Assembly: GCA_051546255.1 (NCBI GenBank)
Contig: CP128816.1
Coordinates: 434,001 to 498,000 of the forward strand
Direction of reading: 5' to 3'
DNA from: Meyerozyma guilliermondii
Lineage: Eukaryota
Length of the DNA stretch: 64,000 bases
The notes below the pieces were generated by a model that had not been told where the DNA came from, searched no databases, and was given only the letters and a program-made list of their open reading frames with translations. Below, one piece after another: positions 61,420 through 64,000 of this stretch. How positions within the stretch are numbered: position 1 is the stretch's first letter; every line of letters begins with the position of its first letter. A program made the translations under genes and the position numbers.

Positions 61420-62440
61420 GTAATGATGTACATAGGCAGAGAGGAAGAAGCGGAGACGAGACAGTAAAGGAATTTAAATAAAACTGACAATTAGCCTTTG
61501 AGTTGTCTTGGCTGGGCTGTCTCGTTTTCCAGTGGAGTTGAGTATACATAGTGGAATGATCAATGTGATGAGAAGGCGTAGTGTGAAATGAGGGTTGTCT
61601 TGTATAAAGTTCTTAGTCTTGGCTCAGTTTCACTAATTGGGAAATCTTGAATATAGCAGTATCGATGGGTATTTCTTCTTATCGATACTCATATGATATT
61701 GAGTTGTAGAGATAATGGTCTGAGCTATCTTTGAACTAGAGTTTCTGTAGTGTGTTTCAAGAAGATGAAAAATCTCAAAGTCCAATCCTAAGAAGTAGCT
61801 GAATTGTTATGGTCAGTTATTCGTATTCAACTTTCGTCTCTCAAAACGAACAAAGACCAATTCTAAGAGTTATGGTAAGTTCATTTTGACTAGTTCAGGC
61901 AACTGGTGAGGCAGATATCTGCATAAAAGCTAGAATGTTGATACCCAAGATTCTTTCTTTCAAGTGCTTCTCCACTTTACTCAACAGAAGTAACTTGAGA
62001 CAATTTCAGATGATTCTCCAATTCTCTCAAATACCTACGCTCAACCGCCTTATTCATACAACTAGATTCTTACTTTCAACAGCCTCAATATATACAACTT
62101 CCACCTAATTTGCACCCAATCATCCACTCACCAATTCATATTAAAGAAAGCTAATTACTCTTATACTGAATATCAGTCTACACAACTTCTCGTACCCCAA
62201 CCACCCCAACCACCCAAACCTTATACTTTCTTCTTATCTTGACTCAATAGTTGCTCCTGAGTCACCCTCGTAATGTGGACACCGCTCACGTGCCGCGCCT
62301 CAAACCTACCCCCGGTTGTCCGATACACTCTGCGTGAGAATCTCTCATGTCACGTGACCGAATGCCAGGGTCGAGCTGAACGCCAACCCTCTTCTCCGCT
62401 CTGCAATCCTAAAGTGTCAACCCCCCTGTCCATCTCGCTG

Positions 62441-64000
62441 ATGGCGTACAATTACAACACCAACCGTCACAATTCGGTAGGAGGCAGCTGGCAACTTCCT
62501 CCGCCGCCGCCACAACCTCCGGTTTCTTCGGGGGCATACTCCGATTCTCCGGCGATGATGAATCACGATTTTCGAAACCCATGGTTTTCCGGGGGTCGGC
62601 CCCAGGCTCAGCAGAATGTAGCTGGACAGATGCTGATGGCGAATAGTCCGACGAAAACCCCTCAGCTTCCATTATTACAAACTCAAGTGGGCCAGCAACC
62701 CAAACGGCTCTCCCTCGTAAATCAGTTACCCACCACTTATGAAGACGAAACTCAGAATTCCGGACCTTTTATACACCCGCCGACGAGGGTGGACAATCCC
62801 TTCAATCAATACTACACAAATCAAGACGTTACCTTGGACGACCGTCGAATGTCGGTTGCTGATGGGTCGTATCTCAAATCGGGCTACAATGGATTTGCAG
62901 AACCGGGAGGTGGTGGAGGAGTTGCTGGTGCAGGCATTGCTCCACCATATGGTCAGGCTTCGTTCAACAATCTTCGGCGGTCGTCATTGGCCGTTGGACC
63001 GTTTATGGATGGAGGTGTTGCTGGGTACCGCAAGCCTGGAAGATCTGCCTCTGTGGTTCAATATCAACAATATCAACAAAGTGTGCTGGAAAAACAACAC
63101 AGCTACTTCAGATTACCTGCTCCTCGTGCCAAAAGAGTCCATTCGAAACTAGATTTGCATCCCAAGATTCACCACATACCCAAGTACCGTCGAGCCTCGG
63201 TCAATTCCGTCCACATTTCACCGGTCAATGCCCTTTCGATTTACTTGACCGAGACATACCGCATCTGCCAGCCCAAAAAATTTCAGTACTCCAAGCTGAC
63301 AAACCCCAAAAGAGTGCTCACCAAACCGCTGGATCCAAAGTACAATAATGGCTACGATAACGAAGACAGTGATTATATCCTCTACGTCAACGATGTTTTG
63401 GGCACGGAGGAGGGCCGCAAGTACATTGTGTTGGACCTCTTGGGCTCGGGGACGTTTGGTCAGGTGGTAAAGTGCCAGAACTTGACCAACCAGTCGGTGT
63501 GTGCAATCAAAGTGATCAAGTCCAAACCCGCATACATGAACCAATCTTTAACCGAGGTGCGACTCCTCGAGTTTCTCAACTCCAACAGTGATGGTAACCA
63601 CTTTATTCGATTACTTGACACTTTCATGCACAAGGAACATCTCTGTCTTGTGTTCGAGTTGCTAGCATCTAATCTTTACGAGCTCATCAAACAGAACCAG
63701 TTCCAAGGTCTCAATATGCGGTTAGTGAAACTCTTGACCAAGCAGCTATTAGAATCCATGGCCCAGCTCAAAAGTTTCCAGATTATTCATTGCGATCTAA
63801 AACCGGAAAATATCCTCTTATGCCAGCCAGATAAACCCGATATCAAAATCATAGATTTCGGTTCGGCTTGCTTCACACATCAAACCATCTACTCCTACAT
63901 CCAGTCACGATTTTACCGGTCTCCTGAGGTCATCTTGGGCCTCCCGTATACTGAGTCCATAGATATGTGGTCCTTGGGTTGCATTGTGGGAGAGTTGTTT
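62441..64000 (+). CDS. YAK1: DYRK-family protein kinase, runs off the window end
   Basis: Not in the ORF track. Manual translation MAYNYNTNRHNSVGG...PKYRRAS...NPKRVLTKP...GYDNEDSDYILYVND...LGSGTFGQVVKC...IIHCDLKPEN...DFGSAC...YSYIQSRFYRSPE. An in-frame upstream ATG exists at 62273. Confidence 0.95.
   Translation, partial: MAYNYNTNRHNSVGGSWQLPPPPPQPPVSSGAYSDSPAMMNHDFRNPWFSGGRPQAQQNVAGQMLMANSPTKTPQLPLLQTQVGQQPKRLSLVNQLPTTYEDETQNSGPFIHPPTRVDNPFNQYYTNQDVTLDDRRMSVADGSYLKSGYNGFAEPGGGGGVAGAGIAPPYGQASFNNLRRSSLAVGPFMDGGVAGYRKPGRSASVVQYQQYQQSVLEKQHSYFRLPAPRAKRVHSKLDLHPKIHHIPKYRRASVNSVHISPVNALSIYLTETYRICQPKKFQYSKLTNPKRVLTKPLDPKYNNGYDNEDSDYILYVNDVLGTEEGRKYIVLDLLGSGTFGQVVKCQNLTNQSVCAIKVIKSKPAYMNQSLTEVRLLEFLNSNSDGNHFIRLLDTFMHKEHLCLVFELLASNLYELIKQNQFQGLNMRLVKLLTKQLLESMAQLKSFQIIHCDLKPENILLCQPDKPDIKIIDFGSACFTHQTIYSYIQSRFYRSPEVILGLPYTESIDMWSLGCIVGELF

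Noticed and set aside
62739..63544. ORFs 62739-63152 (+) and 63218-63544 (-)
   Set aside because: Out-of-frame or antisense to the YAK1 coding frame.

Overview
Gene-dense eukaryotic DNA from a budding yeast of the CUG-Ser (CTG) clade; a Meyerozyma/Debaryomycetaceae-like species is my inference, not verified. CTG codons sit at conserved Ser positions in CDC4, URE2, SEC4, URA5, YAK1 and CDC60, so the supplied standard-code translations mis-read those residues as Leu. I support 36 protein-coding genes, nearly all housekeeping: LYS4 (partial), RCE1, ZDS1, SCS7, RRN9, URA5, SEC65, PML39-like, CDC4, CDC60, PRP24, TMA23, MDM1, WWM1, complex I NDUFA5, SEC4, FRS1, MIL1, BMT6, HST2, RQC2, acid phosphatase, PTR2, URE2, EPO1, MAPR/Dap1-like, SNP1, YRB2, EFM4, MSI1, ATP4, CWF18, LPX1-like, palmitoyl-protein thioesterase, UTP30, TPO5, TIM17 and YAK1 (partial). 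The ORF track misses the two edge genes and the first exons of RQC2 and EFM4, which have 44-nt and 42-nt introns. I see no tRNA, rRNA, transposon or CRISPR, and no convincing new biological system. The most notable items are the alternative genetic code, the tiny introns, deep synteny with Saccharomyces, a SART3-like long Prp24, a reduced Ure2 prion domain, a Rap1/telomere-like 16-mer between direct repeats, and several promoter motif clusters. Gene names come from recognised motifs and recalled homologues; no database search was run.
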